This document shows, in pieces, positions 9,681-19,526 of a stretch of DNA of 64,000 nt. The first letter of the stretch is position 1, and each line of letters opens with the position of its first letter. The stretch comes from Hyphomicrobiales bacterium. Lineage in GTDB: Bacteria; Pseudomonadota; Alphaproteobacteria; Rhizobiales; Beijerinckiaceae. A model generated the notes under the pieces. That model searched no databases. It worked only from the letters and a program-made list of their open reading frames with translations, and was not told the DNA's origin. A program made the position numbers and the translations under genes. The DNA is taken from positions 18,249 to 82,248 of the forward strand of contig JAIXSM010000002.1 in NCBI GenBank assembly GCA_027484655.1. Direction: 5' to 3'.

Positions 9681-9820
9681 AATCGGTCGCGGCGCGAGAG
9701 CCCCAGCCCCCCAATCGAGCGCAGCGACCGTCGCGCTTCGGATGTGTCGACCACGGATGTACTGGCGGCCGTTCATGCAAGCGCTGGGAAGCCTCGGGTG
9801 AAAGCCCCGGGGCTTTTTCC
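9681..9820 (+). ncRNA. Candidate small RNA (about 140 nt) with a C-rich loop
   Basis: Stem 9684-9695/9719-9730 enclosing GAGAGCCCCAGCCCCCCAATCGA; ends in a terminator hairpin. Confidence 0.4.
9789..9820 (+). terminator. Intrinsic terminator (possibly bidirectional)
   Basis: AAGCCTCGGG-TGAAAGC-CCCGGGGCTT followed by TTT..GTTTTT. Confidence 0.7.
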
Positions 9821-9834
9821 GTTTTTGCGAGCCC

Positions 9835-10335
9835 TCAGCCCAGATGATGCGCCAGCATTTTCAGGCACATGCGCTCGAAGGCCGCACGCTCGTCGGCATC
9901 CAGCGCCGCGATCAGCCGCTCCTGCGCGTCCTTCACCGCCGGGGTCGCGCGGGCCAGCGCGGCGCGGCCGTCGTCAGTCACCGCCAGCACGTTGATGCGT
10001 CGATCTTCCGTCGAGGCACCCCGGGCGACCCAGCCCTTCTGCTCAAGCCGGTCGATCACCCCGCCGATGGTGGCCCGGTCGTAGCCGATGAGGGCGGCGA
10101 GCCCCGCCTGTCCAACACCCGGCCGCTGCGCAATCGCGGCCAGCGCTGCGTACTGCACGGGCGTGATTTCGGGGCCGACGCTCTCGCAAAACAGGCGCAC
10201 GGCGACCTGTTGCAGGCGGCGGATGTGGTGGCCCGGCATACGATGCAGGGCCACGTCGCTCGCCGCCGTGTCAGCGTAGTCGGGCGTCTCGTGGGACGCC
10301 CGCTGCGGCGCGCCGCCGTCCTTTAATCGAGACAT
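9835..10335 (-). CDS. MarR-family transcriptional regulator
   Basis: ITPVQYAAL, GVGQAGLAALIGYDRATIGGVIDRLEQKGWV..DRR; start overlaps the monooxygenase stop (alternative start at MPGHH). Confidence 0.9.
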   Translation of the reverse strand: MSRLKDGGAPQRASHETPDYADTAASDVALHRMPGHHIRRLQQVAVRLFCESVGPEITPVQYAALAAIAQRPGVGQAGLAALIGYDRATIGGVIDRLEQKGWVARGASTEDRRINVLAVTDDGRAALARATPAVKDAQERLIAALDADERAAFERMCLKMLAHHLG

Positions 10336-11516
10336 TTGTCCACGGACCAGCCGTAGAGCCATTCGATGGCGTCGTAGTAGTTCTGCGGGGTGCGGTCCTT
10401 CCACCACGCGTTGCGAATGAGGCGCTCCACGCCGTCCGCGTGGAAGATGCGTCCCATCTCGCGGGCGGAGAGCACCACGCGGCCCGTGCGCGGGATGCGC
10501 TTCGTCTCATACAGGCGGAACGCCTGCTCGATGTTGCGGTCGGTGACTTTCAGCGCCTCGCGCAGGGTCACTGCATCCTCCATGGCCATGCAGGCCCCTT
10601 GCGCCATGTACTGCAGCATGGGGTGGGCGGCGTCGCCGAGTAGCGTGTAGCGGCCTTCGCCCCACTTCAGCACCGGGTTGCGGTCGGCAATGGCCCAGCG
10701 CTTCCAGGAGGTGGGCTTGCGAATGAGCTGGCGCGGCTTGTCGGCGATGTGGGTGAAGTAGGACTCCACTTCCTCCTGTGAGCCTTCGCGCACGCCCCAC
10801 GTCTCCTTCTCGCGGCTGTGGAAGGTGACGACGATGTTGTACTGCTCGCCGCCGCGCAGGGGGTAGTGGACGATGTGACACTTCGGGCCCACCCAGATGG
10901 CGGCCGCATTCCAGCGCAGTTCTTCTGGAAAGTCATCGCGCGGGGTGACGGCGCGGTACACCACATGGCCGGGCACATGGGCGCCCCCATCCCCCAGCAT
11001 CTGCTTGCGGACAACCGAGTGCACGCCATCGGCGCCGATCATTGCAGCGCCTTCAAACACGCGGCCCTTCTCGTCCGTGACGCGCACGCCCGTGTCGCTC
11101 ACATCCATGGAGGAGATGCGCGTGGAGGTGTGAACGCGCACGTTCGGCTTGGTCTGCACCTCTTCGTAGATCGACTTGTGGATGTCCGCGCGGTGGATGA
11201 CCGCGTACGGGTTGCCGAAGCGCTGGCGGAATTCTTCACGGGCGGGGATGAGGCCGACCACCGACTCGTCGACTGCGTCCATCATGATGAGGTCGTCTGT
11301 GTAGACCGCGCGGGCGCGGGCGCGGGGGCCGCAGCCCAGCGCGTCCATGGCCGCAAACGCGTTCGGCCCCAACTGGATGCCGGCGCCGATCTCGCCGATC
11401 TCGGGCGCCTGCTCCAGCACCTCCACGTCGAAGCCGGCCTGATTGAGCGCCAGCGCACAGGCCATGCCGCCGATGCCGCCACCCACGACGACGATGGTGT
11501 TTTCCCTCGTGCTCAT
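10323..11516 (-). CDS. FAD-dependent monooxygenase, 3-hydroxybenzoate 6-monooxygenase-like
   Basis: VVGGGIGG, GAGIQLGPNA, FGNPYAVIHRADIH, GADG, LLGDAAHPMLQYMAQGACMA. Confidence 0.85.
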   Translation of the reverse strand: MSTRENTIVVVGGGIGGMACALALNQAGFDVEVLEQAPEIGEIGAGIQLGPNAFAAMDALGCGPRARARAVYTDDLIMMDAVDESVVGLIPAREEFRQRFGNPYAVIHRADIHKSIYEEVQTKPNVRVHTSTRISSMDVSDTGVRVTDEKGRVFEGAAMIGADGVHSVVRKQMLGDGGAHVPGHVVYRAVTPRDDFPEELRWNAAAIWVGPKCHIVHYPLRGGEQYNIVVTFHSREKETWGVREGSQEEVESYFTHIADKPRQLIRKPTSWKRWAIADRNPVLKWGEGRYTLLGDAAHPMLQYMAQGACMAMEDAVTLREALKVTDRNIEQAFRLYETKRIPRTGRVVLSAREMGRIFHADGVERLIRNAWWKDRTPQNYYDAIEWLYGWSVDKCLD

Positions 11517-11565
11517 CCTCGAATGCTCCTTCCCCGCGCCGTCGCGGCGGCGTCTGTCGAAAGTA

Positions 11566-11593
11566 AGCATACGTTTCGTATGTATGCTGTCAA
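11566..11593 (-). promoter_or_regulatory. Sigma70 promoter overlapped by a palindromic operator (probable MarR site)
   Basis: Minus strand TTGACA (11593-11588)-N16-TATGCT (11571-11566); palindrome AGCATAC-N9-GTATGCT at 11566-11588. Confidence 0.6.
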
Positions 11594-11635
11594 TCTTCTC
11601 CCACTGGACCGGCGCGCGACGCAGAGTGCTCGACT

Positions 11636-12499
11636 TTACAATGCCTTCGAGAGCGCCTGATCCAGTGCGCGCTTGATCTCGTCTTTGATGGGCTCGGCGG
11701 CGGCGAGGATTTCGGCGCCGTGAAAGAAATCCAGCACCCGGTAGCGATCCACCTGCGGGCGCAGCAGGAGGTCGGGGCGGGCGCCTTTCAGCATTTCCGC
11801 CGTGAGGGCGCTCTGCATGATCTGGGCGGTTCCGAACATCGCTTCAAACGCGGAGGGCGCGGCCTTCGTCTGGGGGGCGGGGCCGCCGGTCACGTCGCAG
11901 GCGATGACGAAATCGCCGCTGCCCATCAGGCTGCGGTAGGGCAGGGGATCGGTGGCGCCCCCGTCCAGCAGGACGCTGCCATCGATCTCGATCGACTTGA
12001 ACAGGCCGGGTATGGCCATGGACGCAGCCACCGCGGGGGCCAGCGGCCCCGTCTGGAACCGGCGCGCCCTGCGTGCGTAGTAGTCCGTCGATACGGCGGT
12101 GAAAGGAACCGCCAGATCCTCGAATCTGTCCGGCACGGCCTGCGGCCAGAAGAAATCGAGGATGCGCTCGCCGTCGAGCAGGATCGGATTTTGCAGCCCT
12201 CCGGCGAACAGGCCCGTGAGCCGCCCCACCCGGGCCTGGAAGATGCGCGCCATCACCTCAGCGCGGTTGCGCAGCAGCCGTTGCAGGTGGGCGCGCATGT
12301 CTTTGGCGCACACGCCCGCAGCCCACGCCGCGCCCACCACGGCGCCCATGGAGGCGCCCGCGATGGCGCTTGGCCGCACGCCAAGCTCGTCCAGCGCCTC
12401 GATCACGAGGATATGCGCGATGCCTCGCGCGCCGCCGGCGCCCAGAGCCACGGCCACGCCGCGCGTCCGCACATGCTCGCTGTTTGCAGGTTCCATCAT
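11636..12499 (-). CDS. Patatin-like phospholipase (RssA/NTE family)
   Basis: LGAGGARGIAH, GASMG nucleophile elbow, AASMAIPG, DGG. Confidence 0.92.
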   Translation of the reverse strand: MMEPANSEHVRTRGVAVALGAGGARGIAHILVIEALDELGVRPSAIAGASMGAVVGAAWAAGVCAKDMRAHLQRLLRNRAEVMARIFQARVGRLTGLFAGGLQNPILLDGERILDFFWPQAVPDRFEDLAVPFTAVSTDYYARRARRFQTGPLAPAVAASMAIPGLFKSIEIDGSVLLDGGATDPLPYRSLMGSGDFVIACDVTGGPAPQTKAAPSAFEAMFGTAQIMQSALTAEMLKGARPDLLLRPQVDRYRVLDFFHGAEILAAAEPIKDEIKRALDQALSKAL

Positions 12500-12518
12500 G
12501 TTTTCGCCGGGCCTCGCG

Positions 12519-13412
12519 TCACAGAAAGGCCGACAGGGCCGAGAGCGTGGCGTCCGGGTTCTCCTCGGCGAGGAAGTGGCCCGCGTCAATCTCCTCGCCC
12601 TCCGCATGGGGCGCGAAGGTCGAGCGCCACACCTCCAGCGCCGGGCGCTTGCCACGGGTGAGGAAGAACCCGCCGGAGAGGATGAGCGTGGGGCAGGGCA
12701 GCGTCGCTCCCGCCTTCAGATCCGCCTCATCCGCGGCTCTGTCCAGCGTGGCGCCGGCGCGATAGTCCTCGCAGAACGCATGGATGCGCGTCGAGTCGCG
12801 CCAGGCGTCGCGGTAGGCTGCAAGGGCGCGCTTGTCGAAACCGCGCAACTGATCGTCCTTGGCCCAATTGCGCATGAGATCGCCGAAGTAGGCGTCTGGC
12901 CCAAGTCGCGCGATCTCGTTCTCCGGCTCCGGCGCAGGGCGCGCGAGGAACGCCCAGTGGGCTGCAGGGATGTCTCCCGCCTCAATGCTACGCCAGACCT
13001 CGCTTGTGGGCAGAATGTCGAGCAGCGCAAGTTTCTCCACGCGGCCGGGCTGATCGAGCGCGAGTCGATAGCCCACGCGGGCGCCGCGATCATGCCCGAC
13101 CACGCGAAAACGCACGTGCCCCAGTCGCTCCATCACCTGCACCACGTCGGCCGCCATGGCCCGCTTGGCGTAGAGCGCGCCCGCTTCGCTGCGCGGCGCC
13201 GACGACCAGCCGTAGCCGCGCAGGTCCATCGCCACCACAAAGAAACGCTGCGCGAGCTTTGGCGCGATGCGGCCCCACATCAGATGCGTCTGCGGGAAGC
13301 CATGGAGGAGGACAAGGGGCTCTCCCGCGCCTGCGCTGCGGGCGAAAATGCGCCCGCCGTCCGTGTCGATCCAGTGGGCCTCAAAGCCTGCGAACATTTC
13401 GGCGGTGGTCAT
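12519..13412 (-). CDS. Alpha/beta hydrolase, fluoroacetate (haloacetate) dehalogenase-like
   Basis: LLHGFPQT, GHDRGARV, LDILPT, HWAFLA, CEDYRAGA, GHFLAEE. Confidence 0.85.
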   Translation of the reverse strand: MTTAEMFAGFEAHWIDTDGGRIFARSAGAGEPLVLLHGFPQTHLMWGRIAPKLAQRFFVVAMDLRGYGWSSAPRSEAGALYAKRAMAADVVQVMERLGHVRFRVVGHDRGARVGYRLALDQPGRVEKLALLDILPTSEVWRSIEAGDIPAAHWAFLARPAPEPENEIARLGPDAYFGDLMRNWAKDDQLRGFDKRALAAYRDAWRDSTRIHAFCEDYRAGATLDRAADEADLKAGATLPCPTLILSGGFFLTRGKRPALEVWRSTFAPHAEGEEIDAGHFLAEENPDATLSALSAFL

Positions 13413-13604
13413 CGTGCGGCCTCGCGTTCGGTCAACTTCGTAGATGGACACGCGGGCTTCGTCTGGCAATGCGCGCCGCAAGCTCTAGCTATCGTAACGG
13501 CTCGCGCGCTCGTGAACGCGCAGGGGCTGGCGCATCCGCCCAGCCTCGGCTCAATTGTCGCCCGCAACCCGCAATCGGGCGCATCGAAGGAAGGCACACT
13601 CGTG

Positions 13605-14579
13605 ATGATTACACGCAGGAACGCTCTTGTTATGGCTTCGGCTGCGGCGGCTTTGCCGGCAGTGTCCGCTGCGCCCGCCTTCGCCAACACCCCGCCCGCC
13701 CGCACTGGCGCGCAAGCGCCCGGATGGTTCCGCTCCAAGGTGGGCGACTATGAGATCACCGCCATCAGCGACGGCTTCGTGCAGCGTCCGCTTGAAGGAT
13801 TTGTGCGGAACGTTGAGGTTGCAGAGGTTCAGAAAACGCTTGCGGCGCAGGGCCTTCCCGGCACTCACATCCGCGTTCCCTACACCACGCTTGTCGTGAA
13901 CACCGGCTCGCAGGTCATCTTGCTGGATTCCGGCAACGGCGACTTCGCGCCGGGCGCGAACTCCGGCCAGTGGATGGCGAACTTCCGCGCCGCCGGCTTC
14001 ACGCCGGAGATGGTGAACAAGGTGATCCTCAGCCATTTCCACGGCGATCACATCAACGGCGTGCGCAACAAGGCCGGCCAGCTCGTATTCCCCAACGCCG
14101 AGCTGATGGCGCCGGAGGCCGAATGGGCCTTCTGGATGGACGACGCGCGCATGAACAACGCGCCCGACGCCATGAAGCCCGCGTTCCAGAACGTGCGTCG
14201 CGTGTTCGGCCCGAGCGCCGACAAGGTGACGCGCTATGGTTGGGACAAGGAAGTGGCGCCGGGCGTCACCAGCGTGCGCGCAGACGGGCACTCGCCGGGC
14301 CACACGGTGTTTGTGATCGCGTCGGGCGCCGGCCGCATGATGTTCATGGCTGACATCACCAACACTCCGGTTCTGTTCGCGCGTCATCCCGAGTGGCAGG
14401 TGCTGTTTGATATGGATGCGCAGAAGGCCATCGAGACGCGCAAGCGCCTGCTCGACATGGTCTCCGCGGACCGCATCCGCAGCGCGTTCTATCACGGGCC
14501 GTTCCCGGCGGTGGGGCAGGTGTCGCGCGATGGCGGCGGCTATCGCCTCGACATGCTGCCCTGGCAGGACGCACTTTAA
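13605..14579 (+). CDS. Tat-exported metallo-beta-lactamase-fold hydrolase (OPHC2/methyl-parathion-hydrolase-like subgroup)
   Basis: ITRRNAL Tat motif, LLDSG, SHFHGDHING, GHSPGH; real start inside the long ORF-track ORF. Confidence 0.88.
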   Translation: MITRRNALVMASAAAALPAVSAAPAFANTPPARTGAQAPGWFRSKVGDYEITAISDGFVQRPLEGFVRNVEVAEVQKTLAAQGLPGTHIRVPYTTLVVNTGSQVILLDSGNGDFAPGANSGQWMANFRAAGFTPEMVNKVILSHFHGDHINGVRNKAGQLVFPNAELMAPEAEWAFWMDDARMNNAPDAMKPAFQNVRRVFGPSADKVTRYGWDKEVAPGVTSVRADGHSPGHTVFVIASGAGRMMFMADITNTPVLFARHPEWQVLFDMDAQKAIETRKRLLDMVSADRIRSAFYHGPFPAVGQVSRDGGGYRLDMLPWQDAL

Positions 14580-14580
14580 G

Positions 14581-14616
14581 AAAAAAGACTGCCCGGGCGC
14601 CTTCGGGCGCCTGGGC
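14581..14616 (-). terminator. Intrinsic terminator after purD
   Basis: GCCCGGGCGCC-TTCG-GGCGCCTGGGC hairpin with an A-tract on + (U-tract on -). Confidence 0.6.
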
Positions 14617-15897
14617 TCACGCCTCGCCGCGCTCGCGCTTGACCGCGCGCCAGCCGATGTCGCTGCGGTAGAAGCCGCCCGGCCAGTCGATCATGGCGAG
14701 CGCCTGATAAGCTTTCGCGCGTGCGCCTGAAACGGTGTCGGCGAGCGCCGTCACATTGAGCACGCGCCCGCCATTGGCGAGTAGCTTGCCGTCCTCCAGC
14801 CTCGTGCCCGCATGCGTGATCTCGACGCCCTCTGACTGCGCGGCGAGATCGAGGCCGTTGATCTGCGTTCCACGCTCGGGCGCGTCGGGGTAGCCGTTCG
14901 CGGCGTAGACCACAGTGAGCGCGCACTCCGGTTTCAGGCGCACCGCATCAGGCAAGCCGCCGTTTGCGCACGCCAGCAGAAGCGGCAGGATATCCTCGTC
15001 AAGGCGGGGCAGCATCACCTGTGTTTCAGGGTCGCCAAAGCGCGCGTTGAACTCGATGAGTTGCGGCCCTTTCGGGCCGATCATCAGTCCAGCGAACAGC
15101 ACGCCGCGATAGGGGGCGCCGCGCGCCTTCATCGCCGCCACAGCCGGCTCGATGATCTCGCGCATGGTGCGCTCAACCATCTCGTCCGTCATGATCGGCG
15201 CGGGGGAATACGCGCCCATGCCGCCCGTATTGGGGCCGGTGTCGCCGTCGCCCACGCGCTTGTGATCCTGCGCCGAGGCGAACGCGATGGCCCGCTCTCC
15301 ATCGCATAGCGCGAAGAACGAGGCTTCCTCGCCCTCCAGAAAATCCTCGACCACCACTTCCGCGCCGGCCGATCCGAACGCGCCGCCGAAGATCATGTCC
15401 ACGGCGGCTTCCGCTTCAGGCACGCGTTCGGCGACGATGACGCCTTTGCCGGCGGCGAGCCCATCCGCCTTCACCACAATGGGGGCGCCGCGACTGCGGA
15501 TGTACGCCTTGGCCGCCTGCGCAGTGTCGAACCGCTCGTAGGCGGCGGTGGGAATGCCAGCTTCCTTGCACAGATCCTTGGTGTAGCCCTTGGAGCCCTC
15601 AAGGCGCGCGGCTTCTTTGCCAGGACCGAACACGGCGACGCCCGCCGCTGCGAGATCATCCGCAAGGCCCGCCACGAGGGGCGCCTCTGGGCCGACCACC
15701 ACCAGATCGATGTCGTTGGCCGCGCAGAACGCGGCCACTTTCGCATGGTCCGCTATGTCGAGATCGACCAGTTGGGCCTTCGTCGCAATGCCGGGATTGC
15801 CCGGTGCTGCAAACAGTTTGCGGGCGCGCGGCGACTTCGAAATGGCGTTCGCCAGCGCATGCTCGCGCCCGCCCGAGCCGATAAGGAGGATGTTCAT
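14617..15897 (-). CDS. purD: Phosphoribosylamine--glycine ligase
   Basis: [59 protein letters not shown]. Confidence 0.98.
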   Translation of the reverse strand: MNILLIGSGGREHALANAISKSPRARKLFAAPGNPGIATKAQLVDLDIADHAKVAAFCAANDIDLVVVGPEAPLVAGLADDLAAAGVAVFGPGKEAARLEGSKGYTKDLCKEAGIPTAAYERFDTAQAAKAYIRSRGAPIVVKADGLAAGKGVIVAERVPEAEAAVDMIFGGAFGSAGAEVVVEDFLEGEEASFFALCDGERAIAFASAQDHKRVGDGDTGPNTGGMGAYSPAPIMTDEMVERTMREIIEPAVAAMKARGAPYRGVLFAGLMIGPKGPQLIEFNARFGDPETQVMLPRLDEDILPLLLACANGGLPDAVRLKPECALTVVYAANGYPDAPERGTQINGLDLAAQSEGVEITHAGTRLEDGKLLANGGRVLNVTALADTVSGARAKAYQALAMIDWPGGFYRSDIGWRAVKRERGEA

Positions 15898-15975
15898 GGG
15901 TTCTGCCGCTCCCGCGAGCCGATGCTGGCGCCTGAATAAAGCCAGCAGGCACAGCGCGCAATGCGAGGGCGTCAA

Positions 15976-16028
15976 ACCCTCTCCCATTGATGGGAGAGGG
16001 TCGGCGCCGGATGGCGCCGGGGTGAGGG
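15976..16028. repeat. Alphaproteobacterial palindromic intergenic repeat (CCCTCTCCC..GGGAGAGGG..GGTGAGGG type)
   Basis: CCCTCTCCCATTGATGGGAGAGGG plus CGGCGCC-GGAT-GGCGCCG and GGGGTGAGGG. Confidence 0.55.
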
Positions 16029-16074
16029 CCTTCAAAAGGGATGCGAGCGAGGCCGCTCGCGCTCCAAAGCTTTG

Positions 16075-17322
16075 TTACGCCGCCTTCTCCTGCGCGGGCG
16101 TCTGCGGCATGAAGAACACCAGCAGGTTCGCGATGATGATCGTGAACGCCAGGAACCAGAAGGTGGCGAGCAGGCCCCACTTGTCGGCGATCATGCCGCA
16201 GAAGAACGGGCCAATCGCCGAGCCAACAGCCTGAATGCCGAACATCGCGCCGATGGCCGAGCCGCCCATGTCCTTGGGCGTGGCGTCGAGCAGCCACGCC
16301 TGCAGCACAGGGCGGATCGCGAACAGGAAGAAGCCCAGCAGCGCGACGAACATCACGAACAGCGACGTGCCGCCGGCGAAGAACATCATCGCCAGCACAA
16401 GGCCGGTCATCACCATGGATGACATGATGACGTTGCGGCGGCCTATCTTGTCGGACAGGTGGCCTGCGATCGGCGCGGCCACAAAGCCCGCCGCCTGCAG
16501 CAGGAACATGCACAGGCCGACCCACCACGGATTGTAGCCAAGCTCCTTGGCCAGATAGAGCGGCAGGAAGGCCATGATGCCATTCTGCGTCATGGAGCGG
16601 AACGCCGAACTCGACGAGAGGAAGATGAGCGTCTTGTTGCGGAACAGGTCCGGCAACGCCTTCATCACCTCGCCCATGCTTTTCTGCTGCGGGCGCGCTT
16701 TGGCCGGATTCGGCTCGGCGGTGAGCTTGCCGAGGAACCAGAGAATGGCGACAGCCATCACCACGCCGGGGACGATGTTCATCACCACCACGTCGCGCCA
16801 TGTCATCCACGCGAACGTGGTGAGCAGCGCGCCGGCGGCTAGCGGCGCCAGCGCGTCGCCCACATTGCCGCCCATGCCGTGGTAGGCCATCACGAGACCC
16901 TTGCGCTCAGGGTATCGACGGCCGAGCCACGGTATCGCTGTCGGATGCCAGAGATTGTTGCCCACGCCGATCAGGGCCGAGCACACCAGAAGCACCCAGT
17001 AGGCGTCCGAGTAGCCCATGATGAAATAGGGCACGCCGATCCAGAACAGCGACGCCGCCATGAGCAGGCCCTTGCGACCCACCGAATCGACCAGAATGCC
17101 GCCCGGCAGGTTGGAGATCGCGCCGGCGATGTACTGGGCCGTCAGGATCATGCCGATCTGGCCATACGAGAGGCCCATCTCCGCGCCGATCAGCGGCAGC
17201 AGGACGTAAAAAGTCGCCGGATACCAGTGCGTCAGCGAGTGGCCGATGGTGATGATCCAGACCTCGAGGAACGAGCGTTCCGCGCCCGCTTTTCCTTCCG
17301 ATGCGCTGACGACTGCGGTCAT
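16075..17322 (-). CDS. MFS transporter (FSR-like)
   Basis: GILVDSVGRK and GHLSDKIGRR motif A copies, about 12 TM segments; start MTAVVS. Confidence 0.9.
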   Translation of the reverse strand: MTAVVSASEGKAGAERSFLEVWIITIGHSLTHWYPATFYVLLPLIGAEMGLSYGQIGMILTAQYIAGAISNLPGGILVDSVGRKGLLMAASLFWIGVPYFIMGYSDAYWVLLVCSALIGVGNNLWHPTAIPWLGRRYPERKGLVMAYHGMGGNVGDALAPLAAGALLTTFAWMTWRDVVVMNIVPGVVMAVAILWFLGKLTAEPNPAKARPQQKSMGEVMKALPDLFRNKTLIFLSSSSAFRSMTQNGIMAFLPLYLAKELGYNPWWVGLCMFLLQAAGFVAAPIAGHLSDKIGRRNVIMSSMVMTGLVLAMMFFAGGTSLFVMFVALLGFFLFAIRPVLQAWLLDATPKDMGGSAIGAMFGIQAVGSAIGPFFCGMIADKWGLLATFWFLAFTIIIANLLVFFMPQTPAQEKAA

Positions 17323-17515
17323 GGTGCCTCCCTGGCCCGAATTGCGAACGAATTTCAGTAACATTGCGCCTGTTCCGCTTGGCGGGTCAAGCCATTGGCG
17401 CGCGAGCCATGCGTTCCGCGCGGGGCTTGGGAGCTTGCCTGCTTCGCGCAGGAATAGCTTGTCTCCGGACGCTTCCCCGGGTTGGATCGCTGCGACTGAT
17501 TCCGGAACAACGCCG

Positions 17516-17911
17516 ATGACCACAGAAACATCCGAGCCGAGGGGCGAACTCACCGTCCGCACCATCGCCATGCCCGCCGACACCAACGCCAACGGCGACA
17601 TTTTCGGCGGCTGGGTGCTTTCGCAGATGGATCAGGCGGGGGGCATCGCCGGCGTGGAGCGGGCGCAGGGCCGCGTCGTCACCATCGCGGTGGAGGCGAT
17701 GACGTTCATCCGCCCGGTTCGGGTGGGGGACGTGCTGTGCGTGTATACGCAAGTGGAGTCCGTTGGCCGCACGTCGATGAAGATCCACATTGAGGCCTGG
17801 GCGCGCCGCTTCCAGACGCGAGAGCGCGAGAAGGTCACGGACGCGACCTTCACCTTCGTCGCCATCGACGATCAGGGCCGGCCAAGGCCTGTGCCGGCGA
17901 CCCGCCCATGA
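17516..17911 (+). CDS. Acyl-CoA thioesterase (YciA/HotDog)
   Basis: [37 protein letters not shown]. Confidence 0.93.
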   Translation: MTTETSEPRGELTVRTIAMPADTNANGDIFGGWVLSQMDQAGGIAGVERAQGRVVTIAVEAMTFIRPVRVGDVLCVYTQVESVGRTSMKIHIEAWARRFQTREREKVTDATFTFVAIDDQGRPRPVPATRP

Positions 17912-19449
17912 CCGACACAGGCGGCAACGCGCCCGAGATCACCGTCACGGAACTGTCCTCCGCGCTCAAGCGCACGGTGGAGGATCGCTTCGGCTTCGTG
18001 CGCGTGCGCGGCGAGGTCTCCGGGTGGCGCGGGCCGCACTCCTCCGGCCATGTCTATTTCAGCCTGAAGGATCAGGGCGCGAAGATCGACGCGGTGATCT
18101 GGAAGGGATCCTACCAGCGCCTGCGGGTGAAGCCCGAAGAAGGCATGGAGGTGATCGCCACCGGCAAGGTGACGACCTATCCCGGCAAGTCCAGCTATCA
18201 GATCGTCATCGAGACCATCGAACCCGCGGGCGTCGGCGCCCTGCTCGCCCAGCTTGAGGAGCGACGGCGGAAACTGGCCGCCGAAGGGCTGTTCGACGAC
18301 GCGCGCAAGCAGTTGCCGCCGCATCTGCCGGCGGTCATTGGCGTCGTCACATCGCCGACCGGCGCCGTGATCCGCGACATTCTTCACCGCGTGGCGGATC
18401 GCTTTCCGCTGCATGTGCTCGTATGGCCTGTGCGCGTGCAGGGCGACACTTGCGGGCAGGAGGTCGCGCGCGCCATTCGTGGCTTCAACGCGCTGCCGGA
18501 GGGCGGTCGGATTCCGCGGCCCGACGTCATCATCGTCGCGCGCGGCGGCGGCTCGCTGGAGGATCTCTGGGGCTTCAACGACGAGATCGTCGTGCGCGCG
18601 GCGGCTGAGAGCATGATTCCGCTGGTGTCGGCGGTCGGTCACGAAACCGACTGGACGCTGATTGACCATGCGGCGGACGTGCGCGCGCCTACCCCCACTG
18701 CCGCCGCCGAGATCACAGTGCCGGTGCGCTCGGAAATGCTGGCGCAGACGGCGGCGCTGGGTCGCAGGCTCGCTGGCGCGGTCGCCCGCCTGCGGGAGCG
18801 CCGACGGGCCGATGTGCGCGTCCTCGTTCGCGCGCTCCCGGGGCCTGAGGATCTGCTCGCGACCCCGCGTCAGCGCCTCGACCGAGCGGCTGACATGCTC
18901 CCCGCCCGCCTGCGCGCGGGTCTGAGCGCGCGGCAGGTGCGGCTTGGCCGCCTTGGCGCCCTCGTGTCCCGTCACTCGCCCGGCGCCGAGCTCGCCCGCC
19001 GCCGCGAACGCCTCGCCCAGTTCGGCGCGCGCCTGGCCGGCGCCTTCGCGGCGACGTTGCGCACGCAGGGCGAGCGGGTGGAGAATGGCCGCCGACGTCT
19101 CGCCAGCCTTGAAGCGCGCCTGCGCAACGCCCAGCGCGCCGGCAACGAGGCCCGGGCGCGCCATCTGGCCGCAACGGTGAAGCTGCTGGTCTCACTCAGC
19201 CACAAGAGCGTGCTTGCGCGCGGCTACGCGATCGTTCGCGACGGTGGGGCGGACGGCGCGCCGCTGCGCTCGGCGTCGGCGGTGACGCTGGGGCAGGCGG
19301 TGACGCTGGAGTTTTCAGACGGGACCGTTACTGCGGTGGCCGGGGAGGGCGCTCCGTCGCCCGCGCCCGGCGGCGCGCCTCCCGCCAGGCCGAAGCCCGC
19401 CCGCGCGCGGGCCGCCGACGCAAAACAGGGGCAGGGCAGCCTGTTCTGA
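17908..19449 (+). CDS. xseA: Exodeoxyribonuclease VII large subunit
   Basis: [54 protein letters not shown]. Confidence 0.97.
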   Translation: MTDTGGNAPEITVTELSSALKRTVEDRFGFVRVRGEVSGWRGPHSSGHVYFSLKDQGAKIDAVIWKGSYQRLRVKPEEGMEVIATGKVTTYPGKSSYQIVIETIEPAGVGALLAQLEERRRKLAAEGLFDDARKQLPPHLPAVIGVVTSPTGAVIRDILHRVADRFPLHVLVWPVRVQGDTCGQEVARAIRGFNALPEGGRIPRPDVIIVARGGGSLEDLWGFNDEIVVRAAAESMIPLVSAVGHETDWTLIDHAADVRAPTPTAAAEITVPVRSEMLAQTAALGRRLAGAVARLRERRRADVRVLVRALPGPEDLLATPRQRLDRAADMLPARLRAGLSARQVRLGRLGALVSRHSPGAELARRRERLAQFGARLAGAFAATLRTQGERVENGRRRLASLEARLRNAQRAGNEARARHLAATVKLLVSLSHKSVLARGYAIVRDGGADGAPLRSASAVTLGQAVTLEFSDGTVTAVAGEGAPSPAPGGAPPARPKPARARAADAKQGQGSLF

Positions 19450-19526
19450 GCAAAGCCAGTCGCAGGAACGCGCTGGCGAAACCGCGCGGCGCGCCTATCT
19501 TCTGTGAGTGCGCGCGGAGGTCGGTG

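Noticed and set aside
12099-13604. N-terminal 500 aa of the 826-aa ORF
   Set aside because: Antisense to the patatin and dehalogenase genes; the Tat signal marks the real start at 13605.
17908-19449. xseA without xseB as an incomplete system
   Set aside because: The two subunit genes are commonly unlinked.
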